Origin: Limnothrix sp. BL-A-16
Lineage (GTDB): Bacteria; Cyanobacteriota; Cyanobacteriia; CACIAM-69d
Reading direction: 5' to 3'
Assembly (NCBI GenBank): GCA_041937175.2
Contig: CP166615.1
Coordinates: forward strand, 3,008,001 to 3,072,000
DNA: 64,000 bases
Shown: one piece after another, positions 8,622 to 18,987 of the stretch
Position numbering within the stretch: the stretch's first letter is position 1
How the letters are laid out: each line of letters starts with the position of its first letter
Notes under the pieces: model-generated
What the model was told of the DNA's origin: nothing
Database searches by the model: none
The model's input: only the letters and a program-made list of their open reading frames with translations
Translations under genes and position numbers: made by a program

Positions 8622-9814
8622 GACATGAAATCCTGAGGCCGATCGGTTGGGGTGCAGCCCCTTGGACTCATCGCGGATGAACTGCCTCAATCGATCGCCT
8701 CGGTTAACTCCCTAGGTCGATCGCCTCAGCTAGCTCCACGAATCGCCTGGGCGGCCTCAGTCGATCGCCTGCCTCACGCAACTCAGCCCGGAGAAAGTTA
8801 ACGTTATTTTTAATACTTAAAATTCAGCAACAATCCCGGAAATACTCAGCCCGAACCCCTGCGATCGCGCTGGAGTCGATCGCGGGGCAGCACCGCCCGC
8901 CTCATCCTGCGTTGCCCTGGTCTTTCCCCAGAGGTTCAGGGAGCCATACGGTTGCTATTGACCGATTTTGTGCAATCTTCAACGGTTTTTTGAGATTTTT
9001 TCATGATTCTGTTGCGGTTCTCGGCGCTTGTATCTCGATCGAGAATCTGCCTAGAATGGACTTAAAGGCTCATCGCTTTCTCTGACAAACTCACCCGAAT
9101 CAGGCAAAAATCAACCCAAATCGCCCCAAGCTACTCCCAGTTGATGTTGACCGGTTCAAATCAACTACGAAAGTGAGGGGAAATGGTTGCGGAAAACTCC
9201 AAGGAGATCAGCCCAAAAAACCAGCCACAGTAATTCATTACTGCCGATTTTGCTTGGGGGTACATTGCAATTTTCAAAACTTTACCTTTGAGCATTTAGG
9301 TCTGGTTTTGTACGTGCCTTTCTTGATTTTTCGGTGAGTTATTGTCAGGTTGGCATCATTGCATACATCAAACTACGCAGACTTTTCTCAACAGTTCGGG
9401 GTAGGAGTCTGACCCATCCCAAACGCTTGCCAGTCAACCTATTCACGCCAAAATTCCGGTCAAATGCGAGCGATTCCCGGTTTAACCCAAGCTGCCCAGG
9501 AAGGGCTAGGGACTGGCAAATTTCTATCTCAAAAGGCGATTCAATTGATTGCTGTTTTGGGTAGGGTAAAAGTAGGGTGAATAGTTAAGCAACGCTGACC
9601 GGATTGGTTAACTCAAGATTGCCTGACTTGAGAGGGCTAACGGTGGATTTCCTCATCGTTGGTGAAAATCGTGATCAATCCAACCAATTACCCCAGCCGC
9701 AATTGATCATGAGTCCTTTGGAATCTCGATCGGGCGACGGGTGATGAGGGTTGACCACCGGGCGATCAAGTCTTTAGACCCCAAGGCGATGGCGCAACGG
9801 AGAAGAACGGAACA

Positions 9815-10357
9815 ATGCTGTCAACTAATTTGACGGGGCCCACGGCGGCTTTCGGCCGCTCCCGTGCCCGAGAGTTACCCACCATTCGCGCCATTTGCTT
9901 TCGCTCCGGTGGGTATGAATTCGCGCTGCCGATGGCGGTGGTGCTGAAGGTGACGCACTGTCCACCACTGGACAATGGTGATTGGAGTCGATCGGGCTTG
10001 GTTTACATCGACAGTCAGCTCATTCAGGTGCTGGACTTGGCGCTGCTGCTGGATGGTTCGGAGCGATCGCCCAAGGGCATGGGCCAATTTCTCGTGATTG
10101 CTCGATCGGGCAATGCGCTCTGTGGACTGCCCACGGATTCGCCGCCGGACTCGATCGACCTGCCGCGCGATCAGGTGCTGCCGTTGCCGGCCCGCTTTGA
10201 GCGATCGCCCCTGGCTCACTTGGCCCAATGTGCCGTCGTGTTGTCTCCAGACACCACCCCACGCACCCTCTTCTTGCTCAGCCTGCCCCAGGCCCTCGAC
10301 CAAGCCAACACCGTCATGGGCACAACCGCTTCCGGCTCCCCAGGCTCAGCCAGTTGA
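9815..10357 (+). CDS. CheW-like domain protein
   Basis: ICFRSGGYEFALPMAVVLKV ... GLVYIDSQLIQVLDL ... LCGLPTDSPP, a cyanobacterial CheW-like pattern. Upstream of PatA/CheY-like genes. Confidence 0.7.
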   Translation: MLSTNLTGPTAAFGRSRARELPTIRAICFRSGGYEFALPMAVVLKVTHCPPLDNGDWSRSGLVYIDSQLIQVLDLALLLDGSERSPKGMGQFLVIARSGNALCGLPTDSPPDSIDLPRDQVLPLPARFERSPLAHLAQCAVVLSPDTTPRTLFLLSLPQALDQANTVMGTTASGSPGSAS

Positions 10358-10575
10358 GACATCAGCAAAACAGGCCGGCAAACGCCAGCTCAATTCATTG
10401 CTCGATCGTGGAATCAATCGTGATCGTCAATTTCGATCCTCTGAATCGTTAATTTTCGATAATTTTTATAATTTCGATTCTGATCGTCAATTTCGATCGG
10501 GTGCATGAGACCAACCATAACCGCATGACGCTTCCATAACATCGCCCCTGTGCGCTTGGCCCGCCAACCCCAACT

Positions 10576-11850
10576 TTGACCATGACTCCAGACGATGCGA
10601 CCCCCAACACCCTGAATGAATCGCTCGATCGATACCGACAGCAACAGTTCACCGGTCAAATCACCCTAGTTCCCACCCAAGGCAATCAACAGCGTTGGTC
10701 ATTCTTTTTCTGTCTCGGTCGTTTGTTTTGGGTCGATGACGGCAAAAGCGATAACCGCCGCACCCTGCGCCTGTTGCAGGCCGTTTGTCCCAGCATCAAA
10801 CAAAAGCGCTTTGCACTGCGGGAAGGGGATGCTTTTGCGGCCCAAAACTACAGTCTGTTGATGGTGTTGTTGCACCGCCGTGTTCTGTCCCAGGAACTGT
10901 TTTGCCAGGTGGTGAATGGGGTGATTGTCGAGGCGGTGTTTGACCTGCTTTGGCAAACCGGCGGCGCGGTGCAAGTGGGAACTGAAGTGCCCTACGACCC
11001 CCTGGACGTGCTGAAGATGGCTTCGGTGACGGTAAAAAGCCATGCGGCAATTACGGAAGCGGCCCAGGCCTGGGCCGCTTGGCAAGAAGCCCAACTGGGG
11101 GATTTTCATCCCGACTGGGCCTTGGCCATTCGCAGCACGGATCAGTTGCGGGAACGGCTGGCCCCGGAGGTTTATCAAAAACTGGCCTTGGCGATCGATG
11201 GCCAACGCACCGTCCGCGATCTGGCGGTGCTGATGCGGAAGGACTTGCCCACCATTACCCGATCGCTGGTTCCCTATATTCGCCGCAACATTATTGATCT
11301 GCACCCGATCGAGGATTTGCCATCCTTGGTGGTGCTTCCCACGCCGGGGGCAGAGGGCAACGGTCGATCGAGCGATCGCCGCCAAACAGTCCCCACCCCC
11401 GCCGCGGCCACCACCAACGCCGCCGCCACCATCGCCTGCATTGACGACAGCCCCCAGGTTTGTGCAGCCATGAGCCAAATCATTGAACAGGCAGGCTATG
11501 TTCCCCTTTGCATCCAGGATTCCACCCAGGCGCTCACGGTGCTGCTGGAGCGCAAACCCAAACTCATCTTCCTGGATTTGATTATGCCCGTGGCCAATGG
11601 CTACGAAATTTGCGCCCAAATTCGGCGGGTGGCCCTGTTTCGGGATATCCCGATCGCCATCTTGACCGGCAGTGACGGCATTATCGATCGCGTCAGGGCC
11701 AAAGTGGTAGGAGCCACGGATTTTGTTAGTAAGCCCGTTGAAACCGAAAAAATCTTGACCCTGATTCAAAAATATCTGAGCGCCACCGCCGCTCCGGTGA
11801 ATAGTCCCGCTGGAGCAACCGCCGCCAGCTTGAACCCCAAAGCGGGCTGA
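10576..11850 (+). CDS. PatA-type response regulator (PATAN/DUF4388 N-terminus plus C-terminal REC)
   Basis: QQFTGQITL..WSFFFCLGRL; REC domain IACIDDS..LIFLDLIMPVANGYEIC..GATDFVSKP. TTG start; ATG at 10582 is an alternative. Confidence 0.88.
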   Translation: MTMTPDDATPNTLNESLDRYRQQQFTGQITLVPTQGNQQRWSFFFCLGRLFWVDDGKSDNRRTLRLLQAVCPSIKQKRFALREGDAFAAQNYSLLMVLLHRRVLSQELFCQVVNGVIVEAVFDLLWQTGGAVQVGTEVPYDPLDVLKMASVTVKSHAAITEAAQAWAAWQEAQLGDFHPDWALAIRSTDQLRERLAPEVYQKLALAIDGQRTVRDLAVLMRKDLPTITRSLVPYIRRNIIDLHPIEDLPSLVVLPTPGAEGNGRSSDRRQTVPTPAAATTNAAATIACIDDSPQVCAAMSQIIEQAGYVPLCIQDSTQALTVLLERKPKLIFLDLIMPVANGYEICAQIRRVALFRDIPIAILTGSDGIIDRVRAKVVGATDFVSKPVETEKILTLIQKYLSATAAPVNSPAGATAASLNPKAG

Positions 11851-12386
11851 AAATTGCTCATTCGGAGCTAAAAAGCTCACTTTTCAGCACTTTCGGCTGA
11901 TTAATACCTGCAATCTCTGTTTTTTGAATTTTTTGAACCAATTTGGCACGGTCTCGCACCCATCCTCCCTCGATTTTTGCTGTTGTTTCGCTCCCCATGT
12001 CCCATGCTGACTCCACCGCCAAGCAATTTTCGATGCCTGAAAAGGCAGAAGGTTCGCGGTTTCCGCCCCATTCTGGGCCATGAAATGACTCAGGTTTCCA
12101 TCGTGAATCAATCCCTTGACCCCTCGCAGTAAACGCTTAGAATGCACGATGGAGATTTGCTCTCCAATTGGGATGAGGGTCGATCATCATTGGGTCGATC
12201 GCCATTCAAGCGTTAGCAATTCAAATTTGCTGCTTGGCTGATTCTTTTCTGCTTAGTCTATCTATTCTGTTCACCGCTGTTTGCTCTGTTGGATTGGCTC
12301 TGTTTTTCGACTCAGCATTGACCGAAAATTGACTCAGAGTTGACGCAGTACAGTTCTTTCAAACTCCTCCTCTCAGCCTTTTCCCT

Positions 12387-12749
12387 ATGCAAACGATTTT
12401 GGTTGTTGAAGATAGCCCGACCGATCGCGGCGTGATGATTCGATATCTGCAAGACGCTGGTTTGACGGTGGTGGCCGTGGGCAGCGGGGAAGAAGCCCAG
12501 AAGGTTTTGGACACCCAAAAGCCCGCCTTGATTGTGCTCGATGTGATTTTGCCCGGCCAAAGTGGCTTTGAAATTTGTCGGCAACTGAAGCAAAGCGAAG
12601 CCACAAAAAGCATTCCCGTTGTGATTTGTTCCACGAAGGGAACGGACGTAGACAAAACCTGGGGCACGATGTTGGGGGCCAATGCCTACTTACGAAAGCC
12701 AGTTGATCCAGATGAGCTGATGCAAACGGTGCGGCGCTTTGTGCCTTAG
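12387..12749 (+). CDS. Single-domain CheY/PixH-like response regulator
   Basis: ILVVEDS, IVLDVILPGQSGFEICR, PVVICSTK, GANAYLRKP. 120 aa. Confidence 0.92.
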   Translation: MQTILVVEDSPTDRGVMIRYLQDAGLTVVAVGSGEEAQKVLDTQKPALIVLDVILPGQSGFEICRQLKQSEATKSIPVVICSTKGTDVDKTWGTMLGANAYLRKPVDPDELMQTVRRFVP

Positions 12750-12787
12750 CGGATTGCGTTGATTAGAGGCATGAATGATCGAGCAGG

Positions 12788-13816
12788 ATGAATTCCAGGG
12801 TGGTTGAAGGGGCGATCGATTGGGTTTCGGCGGAAAATGGAAATTTGTCGATCGAACCCACAGCGGACGGGTCTGTGACCTTTCGCTCAGAACGGTTTGG
12901 CGAAACCTTCCACAGCCGCCAAGGGGCCTGGCAAGAGGCCCTGAGTAAGTTTGTGGAACCCACCCATTTACCCCAACGGGCAACCAGTCAACCGGTAATT
13001 CGGATCCTGGATGTCTGCTATGGCTTGGGCTACAACACGGCGGCCGCCCTCACCACCCTTTGGGCCCTGAATCCGGCCTGCGCGGTGGAGTGGGTCGGTC
13101 TGGAATTGGATCCGGTGGCCACAAGGGCGGCCTTGCCTTACCTGTTGGCCACGGCGCGATCGGCTGGGGCAGCGTTGGGATTGGCGGAACCCATCCTCGG
13201 GGCGATCGCCCAATTGTTGACCGATCTGGCGGAACAGGGGCAAGCTACTTGGCCGGCTCCGGCCTCTGTCACCCCGGAATTAATCACCCCGGAATTAATC
13301 ACCGGCCCATCGCCAAACCCCCAATTTCGCGGGCAACTGCTCTGGGGGGATGCGCGGCAAACCTTGCGGCCCATCCTCGATCGGGGCTTTCGGGCCGATG
13401 CGGTTTTTTTGGATCCCTTTTCGCCGCCCCGCTGTCCGCAACTGTGGACGGTGGAATTTTTGGGGATGGTGAGCCGTTGTTTGGCTCCCGACGGCCGCTT
13501 GGCCACCTATTCCTGCGCAGCGGCGGTGCGATCGGCCCTGTTGGCGGCAGGGTTGCAATTAGGGGCCACGGTTCCCTTTGGCCGACGCTGGCCCGGAACC
13601 GTGGCGGCCTTTGTGCCCTTAGATTTGCCGCCCCTTTCAGCCCAAGAACAAGAACATTTGCAAACCAAGGCCGCCGTGCCCTACCGCGATCCCCACTTGA
13701 CCGATGATGCGGCAACGATCCTCGATCGCAAGAACCAGGAACAGGCGCGATCGCCCCTTGAACCCACATCGCGCTGGAAACGTCGCTGGTTTGGCGATTG
13801 TCGCGCCAAGCATTAA
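12788..13816 (+). CDS. SAM-dependent methyltransferase, MnmC N-terminal (MnmD-like) tRNA U34 methyltransferase family
   Basis: TADGSVTFRSERFGETFHS, ILDVCYGLGYN, FLDPFSPPRCPQLWTVEF, LATYS. Confidence 0.85.
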   Translation: MNSRVVEGAIDWVSAENGNLSIEPTADGSVTFRSERFGETFHSRQGAWQEALSKFVEPTHLPQRATSQPVIRILDVCYGLGYNTAAALTTLWALNPACAVEWVGLELDPVATRAALPYLLATARSAGAALGLAEPILGAIAQLLTDLAEQGQATWPAPASVTPELITPELITGPSPNPQFRGQLLWGDARQTLRPILDRGFRADAVFLDPFSPPRCPQLWTVEFLGMVSRCLAPDGRLATYSCAAAVRSALLAAGLQLGATVPFGRRWPGTVAAFVPLDLPPLSAQEQEHLQTKAAVPYRDPHLTDDAATILDRKNQEQARSPLEPTSRWKRRWFGDCRAKH

Positions 13817-14017
13817 TCACACCAGATATTCATCGCGCTAAATATTCAAAATCATTTAACTCATCAGTTATTTAACCCATCAGTTCACCGCCAGCCCGCT
13901 CAAGACCCAGGGAGCCACTGGCACAATTGAACAAAACCCGTGGGGAAATTCTGATTCGCCACAGAGTTGCATTAGGCTGGTCGAGCGGCGTTGCGATAAG
14001 AGGTAACGATCTGGTCT

Positions 14018-14191
14018 ATGGATTATTTGAAGCTTCCCGAAATTTTCCTGGCGCTGCTGCTGCTCACTCCGCTGCTTTATGCCTTGACGCATTTTCTGTG
14101 GGAGCTGAGTCCGGTGCTGGCGGTCATGGTCTATTTTGTCGGGGTTTTGGGCATGGGCATCCTGGGCTTTCGGATTGTGGATGAGTCTTGA
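14018..14191 (+). CDS. Small 57-aa two-TM membrane protein, not in the supplied ORF track
   Basis: Hand translation MDYLKLPEIFLALLLLTPLLYALTHFLWELSPVLAVMVYFVGVLGMGILGFRIVDES*. AAGAGGT lies about 13 nt upstream. Confidence 0.6.
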   Translation: MDYLKLPEIFLALLLLTPLLYALTHFLWELSPVLAVMVYFVGVLGMGILGFRIVDES

Positions 14192-14253
14192 TCCAGGTGT
14201 AGCGACTCAGGTTGGCAGGGCGATCGCCCCCGGCAAACTCCATCACCGAGAAC

Positions 14254-15048
14254 CTAGGCCGACTGCGGCGAGGTCGTCAACTCTGGGGCGGTGGATTCTG
14301 TCTGCCGCAACAGATCCAAAATTTGATAGCGATAGTCCTGAAAAGCGGCCGATCGCCGCAGGGCCTCATCCCGTTCCGCCGGTAGCTCGATCGATAATTC
14401 CCGGCGAATCGTGCCCGGCCGCGCACTCATCACATAGACCCGCTGCGACAGAAACACCGCCTCTTCCACGTCGTGGGTGATGGTCAAAATGGTAGTGCCC
14501 GTATTGCGCCACAGCTCCAGCAGAAAACCCTGCATCGATTCACGGGTTTGTACATCCAGCGCCCCAAAGGGTTCATCCATCAGCAGAATTTTTGGCTGGG
14601 AAGCCAGGGCCCGGGCGATCGCCACCCGCTGTTTCATGCCACCGGACAACTCCTTCGGCAGGGCCTTGGCGAAGGGTAACAATCCCACCACATCCATGTA
14701 GTAGCGGGACTGTTCGTAGCGATCGGCGATCGAGGCTCCCTGCAACTTCAACCCAAAACTAATATTTTCCTCAACGGTCATCCAGGGGTAGAGCGTGTAG
14801 CTTTGGAACACCATGCCCCGATCGGCTCCCGGCCCCGTCACTGGCTGCCCATCCACCAACACATCCCCCGCCGTGGGCTGCTCCAGCCCCGCCACAATTC
14901 GCAGCATGGTGGATTTTCCCGATCCGGATGCACCCACCGCACAGACAAATTCACCCGTTTCCACATGCAAATTAATGTCTTTGAGGGCCACCACCGGGCC
15001 ACGGCGGGTGACAAACTGCTTATACAAATGCTTGACTTCTAGATGCAT
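14254..15048 (-). CDS. NitT/TauT-type ABC transporter ATP-binding subunit (guanidine uptake by context)
   Basis: GASGSGKST, LSGGMKQR, LLMDEPF. Last gene of the guanidine operon. Confidence 0.92.
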   Translation of the reverse strand: MHLEVKHLYKQFVTRRGPVVALKDINLHVETGEFVCAVGASGSGKSTMLRIVAGLEQPTAGDVLVDGQPVTGPGADRGMVFQSYTLYPWMTVEENISFGLKLQGASIADRYEQSRYYMDVVGLLPFAKALPKELSGGMKQRVAIARALASQPKILLMDEPFGALDVQTRESMQGFLLELWRNTGTTILTITHDVEEAVFLSQRVYVMSARPGTIRRELSIELPAERDEALRRSAAFQDYRYQILDLLRQTESTAPELTTSPQSA

Positions 15049-15197
15049 TGTTCATTCATTCCGTACTCATTGATCCCGTGCTCATGAATTCCACGCCCAG
15101 TTCCAATCAATTCGATCGCGCGATTACTGTTCCCATTGACTCCGCGCCCAGTTCAAATTAGTTTGATCGAATAATTGCTATTTTTTTGTTCTGGGGA

Positions 15198-16055
15198 TTA
15201 TTTCACCGCCCATCGACAGGAAAAGCGCAAAAACATCCGAAACAAAATATCGATCGCCAAGCCAATTAAACCGATCACAATCAAGCCCGCAAAAATCTCA
15301 TCGGTTTTCAGAAAGCGTTGAGCCACACTAATTCGCCGCCCCAAGCCCTCCGTAGCCGCCACCAATTCCGACACAATCACCAAGTTCCAAGCCGCCGCCA
15401 TATTCACCCGGCAAGTGTCAATAATCCCGGGAGTAATGTAGGGAAAGATGACCTGAAAGAGCACCTGTAACCGATTGCCACCCAAGGTATAGGTGGCTTC
15501 GATCATTTCCTTGGGGACAAACTTCACCGAGTCCATCACCATCAAGGTGTTGAAAAAGAGTGTGCCAATAAAAACCAAGAGAATTTTGGGCACTTCTCCA
15601 AGGCCGAAATACAAAATCAACAACGGAATGAAGGCAGTGGCGGGCATGTAGCGCACAATGCCCACGATCGGCTCCAGGAGCGATCGAATGCTGGCGAATG
15701 TCCCCATCAAAGTGCCCAGTGGAATGGCAATCACCGTGGCCAGGGCAAACCCACCCAAAATCCGCATCAAACTGAATTGAATATCCTTGGGCAATGCGCC
15801 GCTGTTCCAAAGCTGCCCGATCGCCCCCACCACTTGGGCCGGCGAGGGCAAAAACAGGGGCCGCACCCAGCCCGTGCTGGCCAGCAGCCACCACAGCACC
15901 AAGGGCACCCCGATCGACAACCCCATCAACAGCCAACTGAGCCGGGACGGAATCGAATCGGCGATCGTCCAAAAGGTGCTGGGGCGCAGCATCCGAGCGG
16001 GCCCCGGGTCGCGCACTAGGGGCGGATTATGGGGAATGGGCACATGGGAAGTCAT
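15198..16055 (-). CDS. NitT/TauT-type ABC transporter permease (guanidine uptake by context)
   Basis: FLPSPAQV, EAA-like loop MIEATYTLGG, AWNLVIVSELVAATEGLG. Confidence 0.92.
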   Translation of the reverse strand: MTSHVPIPHNPPLVRDPGPARMLRPSTFWTIADSIPSRLSWLLMGLSIGVPLVLWWLLASTGWVRPLFLPSPAQVVGAIGQLWNSGALPKDIQFSLMRILGGFALATVIAIPLGTLMGTFASIRSLLEPIVGIVRYMPATAFIPLLILYFGLGEVPKILLVFIGTLFFNTLMVMDSVKFVPKEMIEATYTLGGNRLQVLFQVIFPYITPGIIDTCRVNMAAAWNLVIVSELVAATEGLGRRISVAQRFLKTDEIFAGLIVIGLIGLAIDILFRMFLRFSCRWAVK

Positions 16056-16269
16056 GGTCTGAGGAAAGAGGGTGAGTTTGCAGGGCCATGAAAGGGGCGA
16101 TCGGGCAGCAGACTGGAGGCTCGCCCTAGTGGCGCGGCTGCCTTAATTGGTTGGGCTAAAGCTGCGGAGTCAGTCGTTGTAACAAGAAGCTGGAGCATCT
16201 TGCTGCCTAACAATCGGGTCACGATAACCATCATTTGACTTGACTGATCACAGTCAGCCTGCCGCGCTA

Positions 16270-17340
16270 CTAGGTTGCCGGTTGACGTTTGGCGGCGTGG
16301 GCCTTCACGAAGCGATCGTCAAAGAGTTTGTTCAGATTTGGCTTCGACTTTGCCAATCCAGAACTGGTTAAAAAGTCCGAAATTTCTTGGGCAGCAAACA
16401 CCAACGAAGAGCGATCATTTCCCGGCTGAAAGGCCTTCAAATTATCCTCAAGGGTGAAGATCTTGGTTCCTGCCTCATATTCCCGATATTCCTCAACGGA
16501 AACCCCCGCCCGTTGGGCCATGATGCTGTAGGATTTTTCGGGATTTTGCTTAATGTAATCCAGCGTGGCAAACCAACTATCCACCAAAGCTTGCACGGCC
16601 GCCGGTTGCTCATCCACCAGCTTGCGGCTGACTGCCAAGTGATCGGAAACGGCTCCCGGAAAGTCGCGAGAACTGAAGAGTTCACGGCTGCCGGGGCGCT
16701 CCAAGGCCTTCGTGGTGAAGGGTGCAAAAACGCCCACCGCATCCACCTGGCCGGCCACAAAAGCCGCCGCCGCCGCGCCAGTTTCCAACGGCTGAATTTG
16801 AATATCTTCCGGAGCCAAGCCAGCCTTTTTCAAGCCCAAAAGCAATAGGAAATGGTCAACGGTTCCTTCTTCAACGGCAACCCGTTTTCCTTTCAAATCA
16901 GCAATTGTTTTAATCTCGGCGCTGACAATAATTTTGTCATTGCCCGTGGAGTTGTCATTGGTTAAAACAATCACCTGATCAGCCCCAGCAGCCAAAGAGC
17001 TAATGGTGTCGTTGAGGGTTTGGGCATTGGCATCCAACTGCCCCGCATTCAGGGCATTAATTGAATCTAAATAGCCGTCAAACCATTTCAAATCCACATT
17101 CACTTGGTTTTGGGCAAAGATTTTGGCCTCTTGGGTCACCTGCCAAGGCACCCAACCGGGCCAAACACTAAAACCCATCCGGACGATCGGGGCGGTGGAA
17201 CTGCCGGGGGTGGCGTTGGGGCCGCCACCGGAGTCGGGCGCGGGCGCACAACTAATGGAAAGAAACAGGGCGGCCAAAAAACAGCCCAACCAACTGAGCA
17301 ATCGACGGCGTTTCAGGGCGTTCAGCTTAAGGGCATTCAT
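16270..17340 (-). CDS. ABC transporter substrate-binding lipoprotein (guanidine-binding by context)
   Basis: Lipobox LSISC; WPGWVPW, DNSTGNDKII, VEEGTVDHFLL. In an operon with guanidine hydrolase. Confidence 0.88.
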   Translation of the reverse strand: MNALKLNALKRRRLLSWLGCFLAALFLSISCAPAPDSGGGPNATPGSSTAPIVRMGFSVWPGWVPWQVTQEAKIFAQNQVNVDLKWFDGYLDSINALNAGQLDANAQTLNDTISSLAAGADQVIVLTNDNSTGNDKIIVSAEIKTIADLKGKRVAVEEGTVDHFLLLLGLKKAGLAPEDIQIQPLETGAAAAAFVAGQVDAVGVFAPFTTKALERPGSRELFSSRDFPGAVSDHLAVSRKLVDEQPAAVQALVDSWFATLDYIKQNPEKSYSIMAQRAGVSVEEYREYEAGTKIFTLEDNLKAFQPGNDRSSLVFAAQEISDFLTSSGLAKSKPNLNKLFDDRFVKAHAAKRQPAT

Positions 17341-17513
17341 AGGCTTTCAGGGGCTTTTATGCAGGGTTCAGTGAATGGACGGGAAGATTAGCAATTCAAA
17401 ACCAGGGAATTCAAAACCCAGGGAGCCAGGGATCGGAATTGAGCAAACAGGATTAACTCAATCACCCCCTCCAAACAACACAGGGCAATTCCGAAGAACT
17501 GCCCTGCAAGGTT

Positions 17514-18242
17514 TTAGACGCTGGCCAGAGTGGCGACCCGATCGCCCGGTTGAATCGTGGCCGGCTGGATCGATCGCCCTGTGGCCTGGCGCACCCAGTT
17601 CAACCAATCGGCCAACCCTTCACCAGTTTTGGCACTGACCGGGAAAATCGCCACCTCCGGGTTGATTTGCCGCACGTTGGCCATGATCCGATCGAGATCC
17701 ACTTCCAAATAGGGGGCCAAATCCGTTTTGGTGATCAGCAAGCAATCGGCCTCCCGAAACATCACCGGATATTTCAGGGGCTTGTCTTCCCCTTCCGTGA
17801 CGCTCAGGAGCGCCACCTTGGCATGTTCACCCACCTCAAATTCAGCGGGACAAACCAAATTCCCAACGTTTTCCACCACGACCAAATCGATCGTTTGGGG
17901 ATCCACCAACGCCTTGAGCTGATGGATGCCCCCGGAGACCATCCGCGCATCCAGATGGCACGATCGCCCTGTGTTGATGGCCACCACCGGCACGCCACAC
18001 CGCCGCAGTCGATCGGCATCCAGTTCCGTGGTCATGTCCCCTTCAATGACCGCGATCGCCAGTTCCGATTGCAATGCGCTCAGGGTCGCCTCCAGCAGGG
18101 AGGTTTTCCCCGCCCCAGGGCTGCTCATCAGATTCAGGCAAGTGATCCCCCACTCGTCAAAATGCTCGCGATTGTGGTCTGCTCCCGCCTGGTTAGCGTG
18201 CAGCAGATTCATTTCCAAGGCCGCATCAAAGGTTTGGTGCAT
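17514..18242 (-). CDS. hypB: HypB-like nickel-insertion GTPase for guanidine hydrolase (GhaB-like)
   Basis: [40 protein letters not shown]. Confidence 0.9.
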   Translation of the reverse strand: MHQTFDAALEMNLLHANQAGADHNREHFDEWGITCLNLMSSPGAGKTSLLEATLSALQSELAIAVIEGDMTTELDADRLRRCGVPVVAINTGRSCHLDARMVSGGIHQLKALVDPQTIDLVVVENVGNLVCPAEFEVGEHAKVALLSVTEGEDKPLKYPVMFREADCLLITKTDLAPYLEVDLDRIMANVRQINPEVAIFPVSAKTGEGLADWLNWVRQATGRSIQPATIQPGDRVATLASV

Positions 18243-18488
18243 GGCGATCGTCTCCTAAGGCAAGCAACAGCAAAACAACAGAAAATCAGGCAATGAGAAG
18301 GAAAACCAAAAATCAGGGTCGAAAACCCGATCGTTCAGAAATAGCCAGAATTCGAGATAGCCAGGAACAGTCAGCAACAGCCGTTTAGGGTGGATTTGCG
18401 TTAAACCAAATTGGGATCAACTGTTTCAATGCCGTCCCTCAGGAGGGGATCGACTGCCGCCAAGACAACGCGCCCCTCAGCAGCGCCA

Positions 18489-18878
18489 CTAGGCCACAGC
18501 CCAGCGATCGGTTTGGGTTTCCCGGTGAGCATTCTGATATTCAATGTGGGAAATTTTCAGCTCCCGACCCGATCGAATGTCCTCCATCGGTGCGCCACAG
18601 GTGGGGCAGGCATAATGCAAACCCATCTCCGGCCGATAGTCCGCTTGGCAAGCGTGGCAAAAGGCCACCAACGGCACCGACTCAACCACCAACTCCGCCG
18701 CCGCCAGAAATGTCCCTTCCCGATAGGCATCGAAGGCAAACACTAACCCCGCCGGTTCCACGCAGGTGAAATCCCCCACCCGCAGATGTACCCGCGAAAT
18801 TTGCGGGCGATCGGGCTGGGACTCCCACCAATCCCGCAACGTCAACACGAGCGATCGGGTCATATCGACTTCATGCAT
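18489..18878 (-). CDS. hypA: HypA-like nickel metallochaperone for guanidine hydrolase (GhaA-like)
   Basis: MHE N-terminus, CHAC...CPTCG zinc site, SGRELKI. Confidence 0.9.
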   Translation of the reverse strand: MHEVDMTRSLVLTLRDWWESQPDRPQISRVHLRVGDFTCVEPAGLVFAFDAYREGTFLAAAELVVESVPLVAFCHACQADYRPEMGLHYACPTCGAPMEDIRSGRELKISHIEYQNAHRETQTDRWAVA

Positions 18879-18987
18879 GGGCGCACCTATTCCTTAACTG
18901 GGTTAGAGGTCTGGCACTGGGTTGAGATATCGGATACTGGGCGAGATATCTGAGTTTCATGACCAGTCCCCAAAAACGTCAGGGCAA

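Noticed and set aside
17514..18878. Hydrogenase maturation locus (hypA/hypB)
   Set aside because: No hox/hup or hypCDEF genes nearby; the context indicates Ni delivery to guanidine hydrolase.
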